Assembly (NCBI RefSeq): GCF_001194135.2
Contig: NC_068988.1
Coordinates: 26,158,045-26,222,044, forward strand
Reading direction: 5' to 3'
DNA length: 64,000 nt
DNA from: Octopus bimaculoides
Lineage: Eukaryota
Both the position numbers and the translations under genes were made by a program. Within the stretch, counting starts at the first letter, position 1. Each line of letters begins with the position of its first letter. The notes below the pieces were generated by a model. That model searched no databases. It saw only the letters and a program-made list of their open reading frames with translations, and was not told where the DNA came from. Positions 39,040 through 51,410 of the stretch are shown here, piece after piece.

Positions 39040-39122
39040 AGAAGAAAACCAACAACAGGAACAAAAACACGAAGAAGAAGAAGAAGAAGCAGAAGAAGAA
39101 GAAGAAGAAGAAGAAGAAGAAT
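39040..39122. repeat. (GAA)n trinucleotide tract
   Basis: Direct reading. Confidence 0.9.
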
Positions 39123-39609
39123 TGGAGATACAAGTTAACGAAGCTGATGGTATTGGTAATTATATAGGTGAATAAATATAGAGAATTTCTGATTTATATG
39201 TTTTAAAAAATCTATAAAATGATTATTCTAAAATTTTTTTAGCAATTCTATCATTGAAAATCACGGCATTTGTAATGGGTGGATGATTTCATTTTAGGAA
39301 AATCAATCAACAATTATTATATGGGTCGTTAATATGTCCTAACTGAAAGAGGTGGAACAATTCTAAAGAAAACATGAGAAATTAACTACAAAGTTTAAAA
39401 TGTTTAACGATGGTGATTTACTTAATGTGGTAGGTATTCGCTAATAATGTGGAAGAAATCTTCCGGGTTCGTAACGGAAAGACGTTTTCGCGAATGTAGA
39501 GGGTTTTCAAATTTGGGTTGCCTTTATAAAAAAAAAAGAGGGGCGGTTGGGAATGAGTAACCACTTAAAATTGAGTAAATAAAAATTAATTCTTTCTCCA
39601 AATTAGTAA

Positions 39610-39790
39610 CTATTGATGGCTATCTGTGCTTAGCGGCATTTATTTTGACTATTTTCTGAGTTCAAATGCTGCCGCGCCCTAGTTTGCCTTTAATCATTTC
39701 GAGATCGATAAAATAAAGTACCAGTCAAGTCTGATGAGTGATGTAGTGCGCTTGTCCACGCCCCTTAACAAGTTCTTGCTTTTAAGCCTG
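39610..39790 (+). mobile_element. Family A SINE
   Basis: ttctgagttcaaatgctgccgcg...tttgcctttaatcatttcgagatcgataaaataaagtaccag. Confidence 0.7.
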
Positions 39791-40504
39791 AAACAAACTG
39801 GCTTTCCGTTCAGGAGGAAGAATGCCTCTTCTAATTTTGGTCACTTAAACGCCTTGGGGACCAACTAATCGGCTTTTTAAAACCTAAGTTCAAGAAAGAT
39901 GTGTTACGAACAAATTTTGTTGTGCTAATATAACAGCAATTGCAACAATTATAATATTTTTTTTAAATACACGAGGACATGAAGGGGGATTTTTATTCTG
40001 AAAAATGTAAAACAGGACAATTTAAATCATTGTGGATTCAACTAGAAAACGTTATAAGAGAAGGTATGTAAGAGAGCGATGCTGTTTACCCACATGTGAA
40101 TGTTAATATAAATGTATGACAGACCACGACAAAATAAACACAAGCTATAACCTACATAGTTAATGTTCTAGTGAATATATAATTATCTCTGTATTTACTG
40201 TTTTATTGCATTAAAAAAACAAAAAAAACAGCATATCCGCACGTATTTGAGAAATGTTTCCTGAGTTTGCTGATTATGAGAAGAGTAAAGTAATTTATCA
40301 CAACATAAAACAAATTTAAGCTAACATGAAATGCTTTATTGAAGAGTTAAGAAACATTAAAGAAGAAATAACACAGTCTTCACAATATCTGAAACGCGTG
40401 AAATATTTATCAAGTTTAACATTTTAAACTTAAATGACAGCTGGTTTTTAATACGAGCTTTAGCAGAAAGAACCGCTGTTATAATTAATTTAGAAACGTT
40501 TCTT

Positions 40505-40800
40505 CGTCTACATAACTACTACTACTACTACTACTATTACTACTTCTACCTTTGCTGCTGCTGCTGCTGCTGCTTCGACTACTACTGCTACTACTCCTAC
40601 GGCTGACACCACTACTACTACTTTTGCTTCTGTTACCAGTGCTACTCCTACTACTAACTCCACAACGGCAACCACAACCAATTGCACCCTCACTAGTGCT
40701 ACCACTGCCTCTATCACTGCTGCACACTCTGATGCTGCTGTTACTGCTGATGATGGTGAGCATACCGTTGATAATGACGACGGCGCCGATGGAGTTGATT
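40505..40800. repeat. Degenerate (CTA)n/(CTG)n low-complexity tract
   Basis: Direct reading; source of the poly-L/S/V pseudo-ORFs. Confidence 0.9.
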
Positions 40801-40889
40801 CTACAAGGTACGTAATTATTGGCCACTGACATTTCAGAAGTTTGAAAGAGAAAAACGACTATGTTTATTCACATATCCATTAATAACAC

Positions 40890-41090
40890 AAGTAATTTCC
40901 CTGGGACGCTGCACAAAATGCTTAGCTTTATTTCGTCCGTCGTTACAATCTGAGTTCAACTTCTGCCGAGGTGGACGTTGCTTTTCATCCTTTCGAAGTC
41001 GATAAAATAAGTACCAATTGAACACTAGGTTTGATGTAATCGACGCATTCCCTCCCCACCAAAATTGTTGTACTAGTGGCAAAATCTGAA
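40890..41090 (+). mobile_element. Family A SINE
   Basis: ctgagttcaacttctgccgaggtggacgttgcttttcatcctttcgaagtcgataaaataagtacc. Confidence 0.8.
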
Positions 41091-41094
41091 CTTA

Positions 41095-41097
41095 TTA

Positions 41098-41144
<47 letters not shown>

Positions 41145-41755
41145 TTAATTATTATTATTATTATTATTATAATTATTATTATTATTATTATTATTATTGT
41201 TGTTGTTGTTGTTGTTGTTGTATTTTTTCTTCTTCAAATTTTCTTCCATTTCTCGCCGAGTGTTTTCCGTACACCTACGGCAGAAAAGCTCATTGTATGC
41301 ATTCCCAGTTTACCCACGCAAATTCACAGGTAAAAAGATGTATTTAAAACAAATTAATAAATAAATAAATTCATGAATGGATGTTGTTTTCACAGCGATA
41401 ATGCTTTTCTCAGTACATGAGTTGTTCCAGTTAACACGATTTTTTGCACTTCCTGTAGGGATGGTAAACCTGGTATCATTTTCAAATAGGCTTCAGTACC
41501 TNNNNNNNNNNAGTTAACACGATTTTTTGCACTTCCTGTAGGGATGGTAAACCTGGTATCATTTTCAAATAGGCTTCAGTACCTTTTCTTTATCATTCCT
41601 AGAGATCCTACAATCACTGGTACGGTAGTCGCCTTCAGATGCCACATTTTTTTCAATTTCTATTAGCAAGTCTTTAAATTTATTGAGCTTGTCAAATTCT
41701 TTCAACGCTATATTATGATCTGAAGGAATTCTCATGTCAATTAATAAACACACAT
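41095..41755 (-). mobile_element. 3' end of an R4/Dong-like non-LTR retrotransposon: restriction-like endonuclease C-terminus, 3' UTR and (CAA)n(TAA)n tail
   Basis: CLLIDMRIPSDHNIALKEFDKLNKFKDLLIEIEK / MWHLKATTVPVIVGSLG / GTEAYLKMIPGLPSLQEVQKIVLTGTTHVLRKALSL* (stop 41390-41392), with frameshifts. Confidence 0.85.
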
Positions 41756-41784
41756 TTTTTGTCTGATCTTTTATAATAATATCC

Positions 41785-42210
41785 GGTTGGGAGAATCGTT
41801 AGCACGCTGGGCAAAATGCTTAGCAGCGTCTTTATGTTCTGAGTTCAAATTCTGCCCAGACTTTGGCTTTCATCCTTTCGGGAAGGATGAAATAAGTACC
41901 AGTTTAGTACTGGGGTTAACGTAATCGACCGCTCCCCTATCCACAAATTTCAGGCCTTGTGCCTAAAGCAGAAGGAATACTATTACTATTATAGCAAAGA
42001 CGGTGAGTTAGCACAATCATTAACACGCCGGACAAAATGCTTACCGAATTTCGTCCGCCTTTAAGTTGTGACTTCGAATACCACCGAGGTCAACTTTGCC
42101 TATCATCCTTTAGGGGCTGATGAAATATATACCAGACGAGGACTGAAGTCGATGTAATTGACAAGGCCCTACTTCAAAATTTCAGGTCTTTCCCTATACT
42201 AGTAAGGATT
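41785..42210 (+). mobile_element. Two tandem family A SINEs
   Basis: Heads gagaatcgttagcacgctgggcaaaatgcttag and ggtgagttagcacaatcattaacacgccggacaaaatgc; both end in aaatttcagg..ttgtgccta-like tails. Confidence 0.85.
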
Positions 42211-42450
42211 ATTATCATTATTTTTATTATTAAATTTGTACTACTTATAAATGAGTTTTTATACCATGCTAAATCTGCTATCAGAAGGATTATGGAGCAT
42301 GTCTCTTTAGCGTTTTTGAAATGCTTTAAGAGGTGACTGTTCACGGTGGAATCTCAAGAATTACTGTCCACTGGAACGAACTGATACAACTCTGTTTATG
42401 TGAGTGTATATATGTGTGTGTGTGCGCGCGTAGAGTGACAGAGGGAGAGA

Positions 42451-42499
<49 letters not shown>

Positions 42500-42812
42500 T
42501 GCATGCATGTGTTTGCATGAATATATATGTTTGACTTAGTTTAACTTACCCGATCGACGTCCATCTATAAATTCAATGGAGATATACCGCATACCTTGTT
42601 CGGTGTATCATTTAACTTACTTTTGGCGACGTCAGCTGAATTACATATAATCTTTACTGTCAGAGAATACACGGATAAGTGTGCGCGTGTGTTTGTACCT
42701 ATGCAAATATATAACACATACACTCACACGTATATGTACACACACACACGCACACACACACACACACACACATACACACACAGATAGATAGATAGCTAAA
42801 TAGATAGAGAGT

Positions 42813-42851
<39 letters not shown>

Positions 42852-43037
42852 TAAATATATATGTATATATATATATATAAATATATCCATACATACGAAT
42901 ATCTATCTATTTCTTTATATATTTATTATCCATATATATATGTGTGTGTGTGTTTATATATGCGTGTATGGATGTGTGTGCATGTGTTGTGTGCATATAT
43001 ATAGGTATATATGTATGTATAGATGGATATATAGATG

Positions 43038-43071
<34 letters not shown>

Positions 43072-43099
43072 CAGATATATATATATATATATATAGATG

Positions 43100-43149
<50 letters not shown>

Positions 43150-43153
43150 AAGA

Positions 43154-43221
<68 letters not shown>

Positions 43222-43327
43222 CCAAACGGTAGAGAGAGTGAAGAAGACACATTTTCATAATCAGCAATATTTCCATTGGTATCATAAACTGATTTCATTG
43301 TTACCCTGTTTCTTTCATCTTGTTTAG

Positions 43328-43657
43328 GCTTGTGTGTCTCTCTACAGTGTCTGTCACTTTGTATTTAACGATACATTCTCACTATAGATACGCCATGACA
43401 TTTACTGATCATGCTACAAGAGATGTATGGCAGCCTTGTAATGCCGATTCTGACATTAGAAGTAAATCATCGGTGACCAAATATCAATTCTACGTTGTCC
43501 AACTCCGTGCTTGCTATTCCTCGTTTAATCTTCATTTCATACTTTCTCCAATTCTCGTTTATATCCGCTACATTGTATCGACTTTTGTGAATGCCTGTCG
43601 AACATATCTTACACATGCTGAATCATTCGAAAATAAAACCCGGCTTCTGAAATATAA
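43328..43657 (+). CDS. Open 330-nt exon-like segment of an unrecognised family (copy 1): ...IHSHYRYAMTFTDHATRDVWQPCNADSDIRSKSSVTKY...LRACYSS...TFVN...LLKY
   Basis: Strong acceptor ctgtttctttcatcttgtttag, weak donor gtactg. Homologous to 46690-47070 with third-position-biased differences. Confidence 0.4.
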
Positions 43658-43964
43658 GTACTGTTCCCTACTGTCGCTTATGCATTTGCTCATAAAAACT
43701 CACCGAGATTTTACTTCCCTGTAGTTTTGTCGTAATTGTAGTTCTGTCTTTGTCTCCTTTTCAATGACTTCCGAATTTTCGACTTAATACTGTGTCGTCT
43801 GCTTCACTCAGCAATAAATAAAACACAAATAGTTTACACCTTAGGTACAACCGTGGCACGTAGTTTAGGTTTAACACTAACTAATAGACACAAGTATGAA
43901 TATTATCTGCCTTATTCTATTTTGCATTCTTTCATCTATTCCCTAATATAAAATATACGTTTAC

Positions 43965-44372
43965 GATCTTTTCTACTCTAGGCACAAGGCCCGAAATTTT
44001 TTCGGAGGGGGAGGGCACTCAATTAGATCGACTTCTGTACGCAACTGGTATTTAATTTATCGCCCCGAATGGATGAAATTCCAAGTCGAGCTCGGCGGAA
44101 TTTGAGCTCAGAACATAAAGACAGACAAAATACCGCCAAGCATTTCGCCCAGCGTGCTAACGTTTCTTATTTCTTTATTGCTCACAAAGAGCTAAACCTA
44201 GAGGGGACAAGCAAGGATAGACAAAGGGATTAAGCCGATCTCATCGACCCCAGCGAGCAACTGGTACCTAATTTATCGACCCCGAAAGGACGAAAGTTGA
44301 CCTCAAAGCCGGACGAAATACCGCTAAGCGTTTCGCCCGGCGTACTAACGTTTCTGCCAGCTCGCCGCCTTA
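43965..44372 (-). mobile_element. Family A SINE dimer. The copy at 44165-44372 ends in a tail resembling that of the 34241-36344 element.
   Basis: Minus-strand tail tttgtctatccttgcttgtcccctctagg...gcaataaagaaataag. Confidence 0.8.
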
Positions 44373-44949
44373 ATATACGTTTATACTGCCCCTTTTCCTT
44401 ACTATGATCGTTAAACATGTGAAATATACAAGCTATGTAAACATATGCGGCTGTATTTTCATACGTGAATTGCTATAGTTCTTTCTCTTACACATTTCAA
44501 AACGATTAAATCCTGAGAGCCTAGCACAATGTGCAAAATTTACGTGAAATGCTTAAAAAAAGCTATTGTGATAAATGTCTGAACATTGTTCTTTCAATGT
44601 CTTGATAATTTTTTATGTCACACCCTCAGTGTGAATATTGACGCTTGGGTTTCACGTAAAGTGCTGATAAATTCGATGTTACACATTTGTAGGTCGATTT
44701 CCTGAAAAGGAAATCTTTACAAATACGGTTTTTTTTAACAGGAGCTTAAGTTTGCTCAACTTTAAAATCGCCCGGAAATATGAAATAGCTTCTATTAATT
44801 TCCATGAGGAGTTAAGGTACACCTCAACACATGTATATAGATGCAAAAAATAGATTACACATCATTTTTCCAATGCATACAGGAAAAAAAAAGAAAACAC
44901 AATATCCCTCCAAAAAGTTATATTATTTTTAAAAAATCAAAATATATCA

Positions 44950-45728
44950 CATACATTGTTAACAGTATGTAACAGTTTATCAAAGCAGCCGCCCTCAACA
45001 ACAGCCTCAAGACAGAACCGGAAGCGTACATTATTCAATGTATCCCTGGGAAAATCTTAGAACACCTCCTTGATGTCAGTCAGCAGCTTGGCTTTGGTTT
45101 TGCGGGAAGAGCGTTTGCTATTTTTCTCAGTCGTCCACCACACAGTAATCCTTGGGATGAAAACAGGAGAAAACAGAAGGGCAGAAATAGAAGCTGGTGA
45201 AGTCGTAGAATTTCTACATCAACCAATTCGGACACTTTCTGGATGCATGACAAGGATCCGAATCATGCAGCCACACATATGGCTTTCCAGCAGTAATCGT
45301 CTCCAGCCACAGTGTGATCACAGTCCGCAGCAGCTTCACATAGCCATCTCAATTTAACCTAGGGCTGTGTTCATCAGTTGCTGGATGAATTCAGGCGTAT
45401 GGACGTAGTCCGAACGCCTCTAGTGTCAATTCCTGCTGGCTACGGTTTTGTAGTCTCCTTTGCAAATGTCCATGTCACACCTTAAAGATTTTACAGTGTT
45501 CGCAACGAATAGAACTGTCGTCTTAATTTTCGCATTAATGTCCCCGGCGCGAACCGTATTTTTCGATGTTCAGAAGATTTCAACATTTCCATATCATATA
45601 GATTTTTCTCAGATACAAATTTAATCTTTACATTTCCAATGCCTTTGAATGTTCACTAATACATGACGCATTTCTTGAAAAACAAAAAGCAAAAAGCAGA
45701 CATAAAAAATCGTCACATTCAGCCCGTA
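44950..45728 (-). mobile_element. Internally deleted, decayed Tc1/mariner-superfamily transposon
   Basis: RRSDYVHTPEFIQQ; DGYVKLLRTVITLWLETITAGKPYVWLHDSDPCHAS; KTKAKLLTDIKEVF*DFPRDT. Left end TA|CGGGCTGAATGTGACG at 45726. Confidence 0.85.
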
Positions 45729-45737
45729 TAAGGCTTG

Positions 45738-45895
45738 TTGGATATGAAGTAGATCCATCCCGTAGTAAATGCGGTGGTGCGTCTCTTTTGAACGAGTATC
45801 TGTTACGGCGATCAGTTTGATATGAATACAAAATGATAAACCCTGAACGGAAATCCGCAAACCTCATCAGGTTGTGAAGATCGTGCTAATAGCAG
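45738..45895 (-). pseudogene. Unrecognised family, copy 2 (LLARSSQPDEVCGFPFRVYHFVF...), inverted relative to 46690-46855
   Basis: ttagcacgatcttcacaacctgatgaggtttgcggatttccgttcag versus ttagcacaatcctctcatcctgatgaggtttctggatttctgtacag. Confidence 0.5.
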
Positions 45896-46152
45896 ATGCA
45901 TTGGATAGAAACATATTTTTCCTTATCTTGCTCAGTGAAAAAGGTACTTGAGCGTATATGGATGCAATGATGTATATATATAGATTGTTGCGTATATACA
46001 TACATACATACTCACATATTTACAAACATGCACACATGCATTTCAATAAATGCAGATACGCATCTAGACATGTACAATGCGCATAAGGCATGGCTACAGT
46101 AGATATGAAATGCATTTTACATTTGTGAGTGTGCCTATATGTGCATGTATGC

Positions 46153-46229
<77 letters not shown>

Positions 46230-46352
46230 CATATATACATACATACACACACACAAACACAGACAGAGAATTGGATAGATAGGCAGATACATACATAGAT
46301 AGACAAACAGACAGAAAGACAGCCTGACAGACAGACGGTCAGACAGGCAGAC

Positions 46353-46396
<44 letters not shown>

Positions 46397-46689
46397 GCGA
46401 TGCAATTTATACATATGTTTATGTGAGCATTCCTATGTGTATGCATTATACAAGAGGCAATAGTTTAAGATGACCCAGCTTGCATTAAATTCAATGCATA
46501 AAAGCAACGGAAAAACGCATTTCCTCCATCTTTCTTTCACACACTCACTGTATATGCGTGTTTATTTGTGTATTATGTACACACATGCATATGTCTATGT
46601 ATACACACGTGTACGCATGTATATATTTGTATATGAATGCAGGCTTGTGCATGTAGGTGGATTGTAGATTGTAAGAGCGCAAGAGATGG

Positions 46690-47070
46690 GGAAACTGTTA
46701 GCACAATCCTCTCATCCTGATGAGGTTTCTGGATTTCTGTACAGAGCTTGTCAGTTAGCATTCAAATCACAAAGATCGCTGTCAAAGATACACACACAGT
46801 AGAGATATACAATCACATTTACTGATCACTACGGAACAGATCTCCTGCATCCATGTCACGCCGGCTTTGACATTACAAGTAATCCATCATGCACCGACTA
46901 TCCGCTCGATATCATCCATTTTCATATATTTCGTATTTGCTATTCCCAGGTATAATTCTTTTTCGGATTTTGCTTTTATTTTTCTCTGGTGAACTGACTT
47001 TTGCCAATCCGTCCCACATTTCCGGAGAACATCAAATCGAACGAACACTTTTATGGCATCTGAAAGGCGA
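46690..47070 (+). pseudogene. Unrecognised family, copy 3 (KLLAQSSHPDEVSGFLYRAC...IHTQ*RYTITFTDHYGTDLLHPCHAGFDITS...RICYS / GIILFRILLLFFSGELTFAN...LWHLKG)
   Basis: One nonsense codon and one frameshift relative to copy 1. The donor-like gtaatc aligns with the copy 1 donor. Confidence 0.5.
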
Positions 47071-47939
47071 GTAATCACTCGCGTTTGACGTTTATCGTTT
47101 TATAATATATAAATAAAAAATACATATGCAAGGTATATAAAGATGCGAACAGTTTTTTTTTGTTTTTTTTTTTTTATTCACCTAGTTTGTTAAAAAAAAA
47201 AGAGAAAGCATAAAATATTTGTATATAATGTGAACTGTATTTGACAATAATCCGTTTCAAAAAATACGTACGGTTCTTTTCAACTACCGAAGCAAATGGT
47301 GAAATGGACAATGTATGAAAATACACACACGCACGCACACACAACACACAAACACACACACGCACGCATAAATACGTACACACACATATATACTGATTCA
47401 TTCAGCAAAAAAAAAATGCATGGTACATTTTTGTCATTTTGGTGCATCAGTGGATAGTGCAATACACTTATTTGGAACCTATTACCGAGGAACTGGATGG
47501 TTTAGGATTACACTAGAATTAGTCAACGTTAATCCCAAGATTGAGTTCACAAAATAAAAATTTCATATGGTTTCATGAAATTGCTTTACAAAATCACTTA
47601 TAATAGTTGATCGACAGGTCATGAATATTGACATCATTTAAGCCAACTAAAGTCTATTCAACCAGATAATTATCATTTCCTAACACTATATAATGAAGAG
47701 TTATTCGCATCACGTCATGCTGAATAATTTATCACACTCCTCTGTTCCTCTGTTAAGAAACAACAATTGCATTCCTTAGTAGCATAGTCGATAATGTTTT
47801 CTTTAATACTCAGCTGCATAAAAATGAATGGATATTGGAAGAATAAAACCTAAGAAAAATAAACAGGATGTCATTAAAGTTCCGAACGATTTAAAAAAGA
47901 AACTTGTGAGATTAGAAATTCAAACATTAACCAGAAGGT

Positions 47940-48635
47940 AATCAGTCCAGCAATGTTGAGGGAAGTCGACTACATCGATCTCAGAACTCAAGTGGAATTA
48001 ATTTTATCGCGCACAAGGCAAAGTAGACCTAGGGAGAATTTAAATAAATAGTCGGACGAAATGCTGCTAAGCAATCTACCCGGTGCGGAGATGATACTGC
48101 CAATTTAGCTGAATTTTAACACAGAGAGTAAAGACGGACGAAATGCCGCTAAGCATTTTGCCCCGGCGGGCTATCGATTTTTGCCAGCTCGCCGCCTTAT
48201 GTAGTATATATTGGTTTAAAAGTCTGGCGCAATGTCAGCAAGTTTAGAGCAATGGGTAAGTCGATCACATGGACCCCCTGTGCTCAACTGGTACTGATTT
48301 TATCGTTTGCTCGAAAGGATGAAATGCAGAGTAACTCAGAACATCAAGACAGACGATATTCCGCTAAGCGTTTTATGCTAACGTTTCTGCCAGCTCGCCG
48401 ACTTACAATATAACATAAATATTGGTTTGACATTTCGGCACAAGGCCAGTAATATCGGGGAAGAGTCTAAGTCGATTAAGTCTACCTCAGTGTTCAGGTG
48501 GTTCTTATTTTATTGACCTCAAAAGGATAAAAGGCAAGGTCGAACTTGGGGAATTTGAAATAAAATTACGGACGGAATACCACCAAGCATCATGACCGGT
48601 TCGGCAAAGATTCAGTTAGCTCGTAGCCTTAAACA
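47940..48635 (-). mobile_element. Cluster of at least four family A SINE copies or fragments
   Basis: Repeated gacgaaatgccgctaagcattt...ctgccagctcgccg heads at about 48195, 48400 and 48630. Confidence 0.8.
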
Positions 48636-48677
48636 TGACCTAAAAATTAAAAAGTGTCAGTCGACCGATGAAGAAAA

Positions 48678-49012
48678 ATATGAACATAATATGGACTTAG
48701 TTAAACTAATTCACAAAATCAGCCTCCTTTAATTTTGCTCAGATTGCTTTCCATTTTGGTGTATCGATGCAATATTTTAAAAATGAAGGACACATTAAAC
48801 AGTGATGTTCAACATCTTTAATAAAAATACATAATAGCTCATTCTGGTTTCAATTGGGTTTAAACTGAAAGGTATTTGTTGCAACGAATGTAAACGCAGA
48901 AACACTTCACAAATTATGTATCGATAAACCAAAATTGAAAGCAATCTGAGCAAAGTTAAAGGGGACTGCTTTTGTAAATCAATTTAAGTACACGTCATGA
49001 TATAATTCATAT
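48678..49012. mobile_element. MITE with terminal inverted repeats of about 100 bp
   Basis: cctttaattttgctcagattgctttccattttggtgtatcgat versus atcgataaaccaaaattgaaagcaatctgagcaaagttaaagg; termini atatgaa / ttcatat. Confidence 0.85.
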
Positions 49013-49431
49013 TATGTGTGTTTGTGAGCGTGCGTGCATGTGCGCGTATGTGTGCGTTCATATGCATGCATACATATATACATATATAAAACAAGTTCGA
49101 TGAATTTTGTTCACTAAAAAATCAGTACGTATTGCACGTTTACTAATTCGGAAACAACATTAGACAACAGTATTGGCAATAAGAAAGCTATTGAAATAAC
49201 TTATTAGCCTAAAAATATACGATAACTTGTTGTGAAGCCGAAATAACCGGCCTACTTACGATTTATTTTTAACATTTTTATATTTCTATTGATTATGACT
49301 CATGTATAAAGTTGGATGTGCATTGCTATCAGAGACCGAAATTTTATATAATATTTACATATACATACATACATTCATACATACACACACACACAGACAC
49401 ACACACATACACACTCACATATATATAAATA

Positions 49432-49462
<31 letters not shown>

Positions 49463-49628
49463 NNNNNNNNNNNNNNNNNNNNNNNNNNNNNNNNNNNNNN
49501 NNNNNNNNNNNNNNNNNNNNNNNNNNNNNNNNNNNNNNNNNNNNNNNNNNNNNNNNNNNNNNNNNNNNNNNNNNNNNNNNNNNNNNNNNNNNNNNNNNNN
49601 NNNNNNNNNNNNNNNNNNNNNNNNNNNN

Positions 49629-49669
<41 letters not shown>

Positions 49670-49966
49670 AATCAGCCACTATATATAGGCAATTGTCAAT
49701 TGAGGGAAATATATATGCATGTATACAAATATTTATTCATATATGCGCATCTCTCTATCCGATACATTATAGAGTTTAGCTCGGGAAATGAATAACGATA
49801 AATGTATAATTCCCAAATTATGTATCGTATAACACCGCGTATATAGTCTAAATACAACATCATACGGATTACATAAACTTCACACATACATGCAAACACA
49901 CAGACATAAATGCACAGAAACAGACACACACATATGTATACATATCTATACATACATACATATAGA

Positions 49967-50052
<86 letters not shown>

Positions 50053-50852
50053 TGCAAACACACACACATATATATACGTATACATACATATACAGACAAA
50101 AGTATGTGTGTATGTTTACATTTATATTCATACAAATGCGCCTATACAATTATGTGGGTTTGAATAAAGATAAAATAATTGAAAAACTATATTACATAAA
50201 GGAGAAAAAATGTAGTTCGGTGTATGGTAATATCCGATGGCTAATTCAGATCGCATTCAGTGTATATAATCTACTTGGTAGTAAATTAATAGCAGTCAAA
50301 CAGAAAGGTTATGTTAAGGTTGCTTGTAAAATAAGCATGAATTATTGCTCTGAATATATAATATCAAGTTTATAGTGTTATGCCAATAAAATTAGTAATA
50401 GATAGATACCTATGCGATGCTAGAATTTGGAGTTCGTAGGTTTGGTTGTTTTATTAGGAGCATTTTGTAGGTTGCTGCTGAGTCGGGGTTTCAAAATTAT
50501 GTCACATATTTACAACTGTTACGTGTGCGATAGAAAGGGAAATAGACAAAGAGAGACACAGCGTTAGAGATCGACAGAATTAGTTAACTAGTATTTCATT
50601 TTATCGACACCAGAAAGCAAATTTATATTTAGTAAGCTTTGATCTCAAGGCAGACAGAGCCGGGACTCTATCAAATACTCCTATTCACAGCAGATAAATT
50701 AATAATAGATAAATAGAACACATAAAATACTACTCATTTCAAAATAATAACCACGTTGGGTGTTAATGGGTTAGAAACACCTATAATAATGGGTTAGAAA
50801 GGCCTATAATAATGGTATTAACTTTTGGCGCAAGGCTAGTAATTTTGGGGAA

Positions 50853-51096
50853 CGGCTAAATTTGACGATTTTATGTCTACTTTTTTTTTTCAAGAACTGT
50901 ATCATGTATTTGTGAACATTCAACGGCATTAGAAACGTAAAGATTAAATTTGTATCTGAGAAAATTTTAGCTGATTGGGAAAGGTCATCTGAACATTGAT
51001 AAAGATGATTCACTCCTTGCCATTCAAATGCGTACATGAAGACTACTGTTCAATTCTATGTGAACACTGTAAAGTCTGTAAGGTGTGACATGGGCA
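50853..51096 (+). mobile_element. 5' fragment of the same mariner family as 44950-45728
   Basis: aaagattaaatttgtatctgagaaaa and gaacactgtaaa...taaggtgtgacatgg are shared with the reverse complement of 45450-45720. Confidence 0.8.
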
Positions 51097-51104
51097 TTTA
51101 CATG

Positions 51105-51410
51105 TAGCCTAGTGTTCAACTGGTACATATTTTATCGATCCTGATTTAATGAAAGGTAAAGTCGAAGCAGGTAGAATTTGAACTTTGGACGTAAAGACGA
51201 ACAGAATGCCGTGAAGCATTCTTGCTCAGTGTGCTAGCGATTCTGCCATTTCACCGCTTTAGGAAGCAATAATCTTCTTTCTTCTGCTCTAGGCACAAGG
51301 CCCGAAATTTTGGGGAGAGGGCCAGTGGATTAGATCGCCCCCAGTACGCAGCTGGGAAAAATTAACCTCGGCTAAATTTGAACTCAGAACGTAAAAACAG
51401 ACAAAAGTCA
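51105..51410 (-). mobile_element. Two family A SINE copies
   Basis: caactggtacatattttatcgatcc...; tctaggcacaaggcccgaaattttgggg tail. Confidence 0.8.

Noticed and set aside
38930-41333. Poly-E/K, poly-S/L/V and poly-I ORFs
   Set aside because: They arise from (GAA)n, (CTA/CTG)n and (ATT)n tracts.
41429-41584. Exact 73-bp direct duplication either side of a 10-N gap
   Set aside because: Typical unmerged contig overlap, so an assembly artefact. It also duplicates part of the R4-like ORF.
45718-45820. RLVGYEVDPSRSKCGGASLLNE resembling a trypsin N-terminus
   Set aside because: The frame crosses the mariner terminus, stops after a few codons and lacks the catalytic motifs.
45840-46740. Conserved CTGATGAGG in copies 2 and 3 read as a hammerhead core or snoRNA C box
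   Set aside because: No stem II plus GAAA follows, and the candidate D box is present in only one copy.
46887-47059. Minus-strand terminal-exon reading DAIKVFVRFDVLRKCG...IERIVGA* with a tttcag acceptor
   Set aside because: It is the in-register antisense of the family copy 3 frame. Third-position bias and unshared stops favour the plus strand. Not fully excluded.
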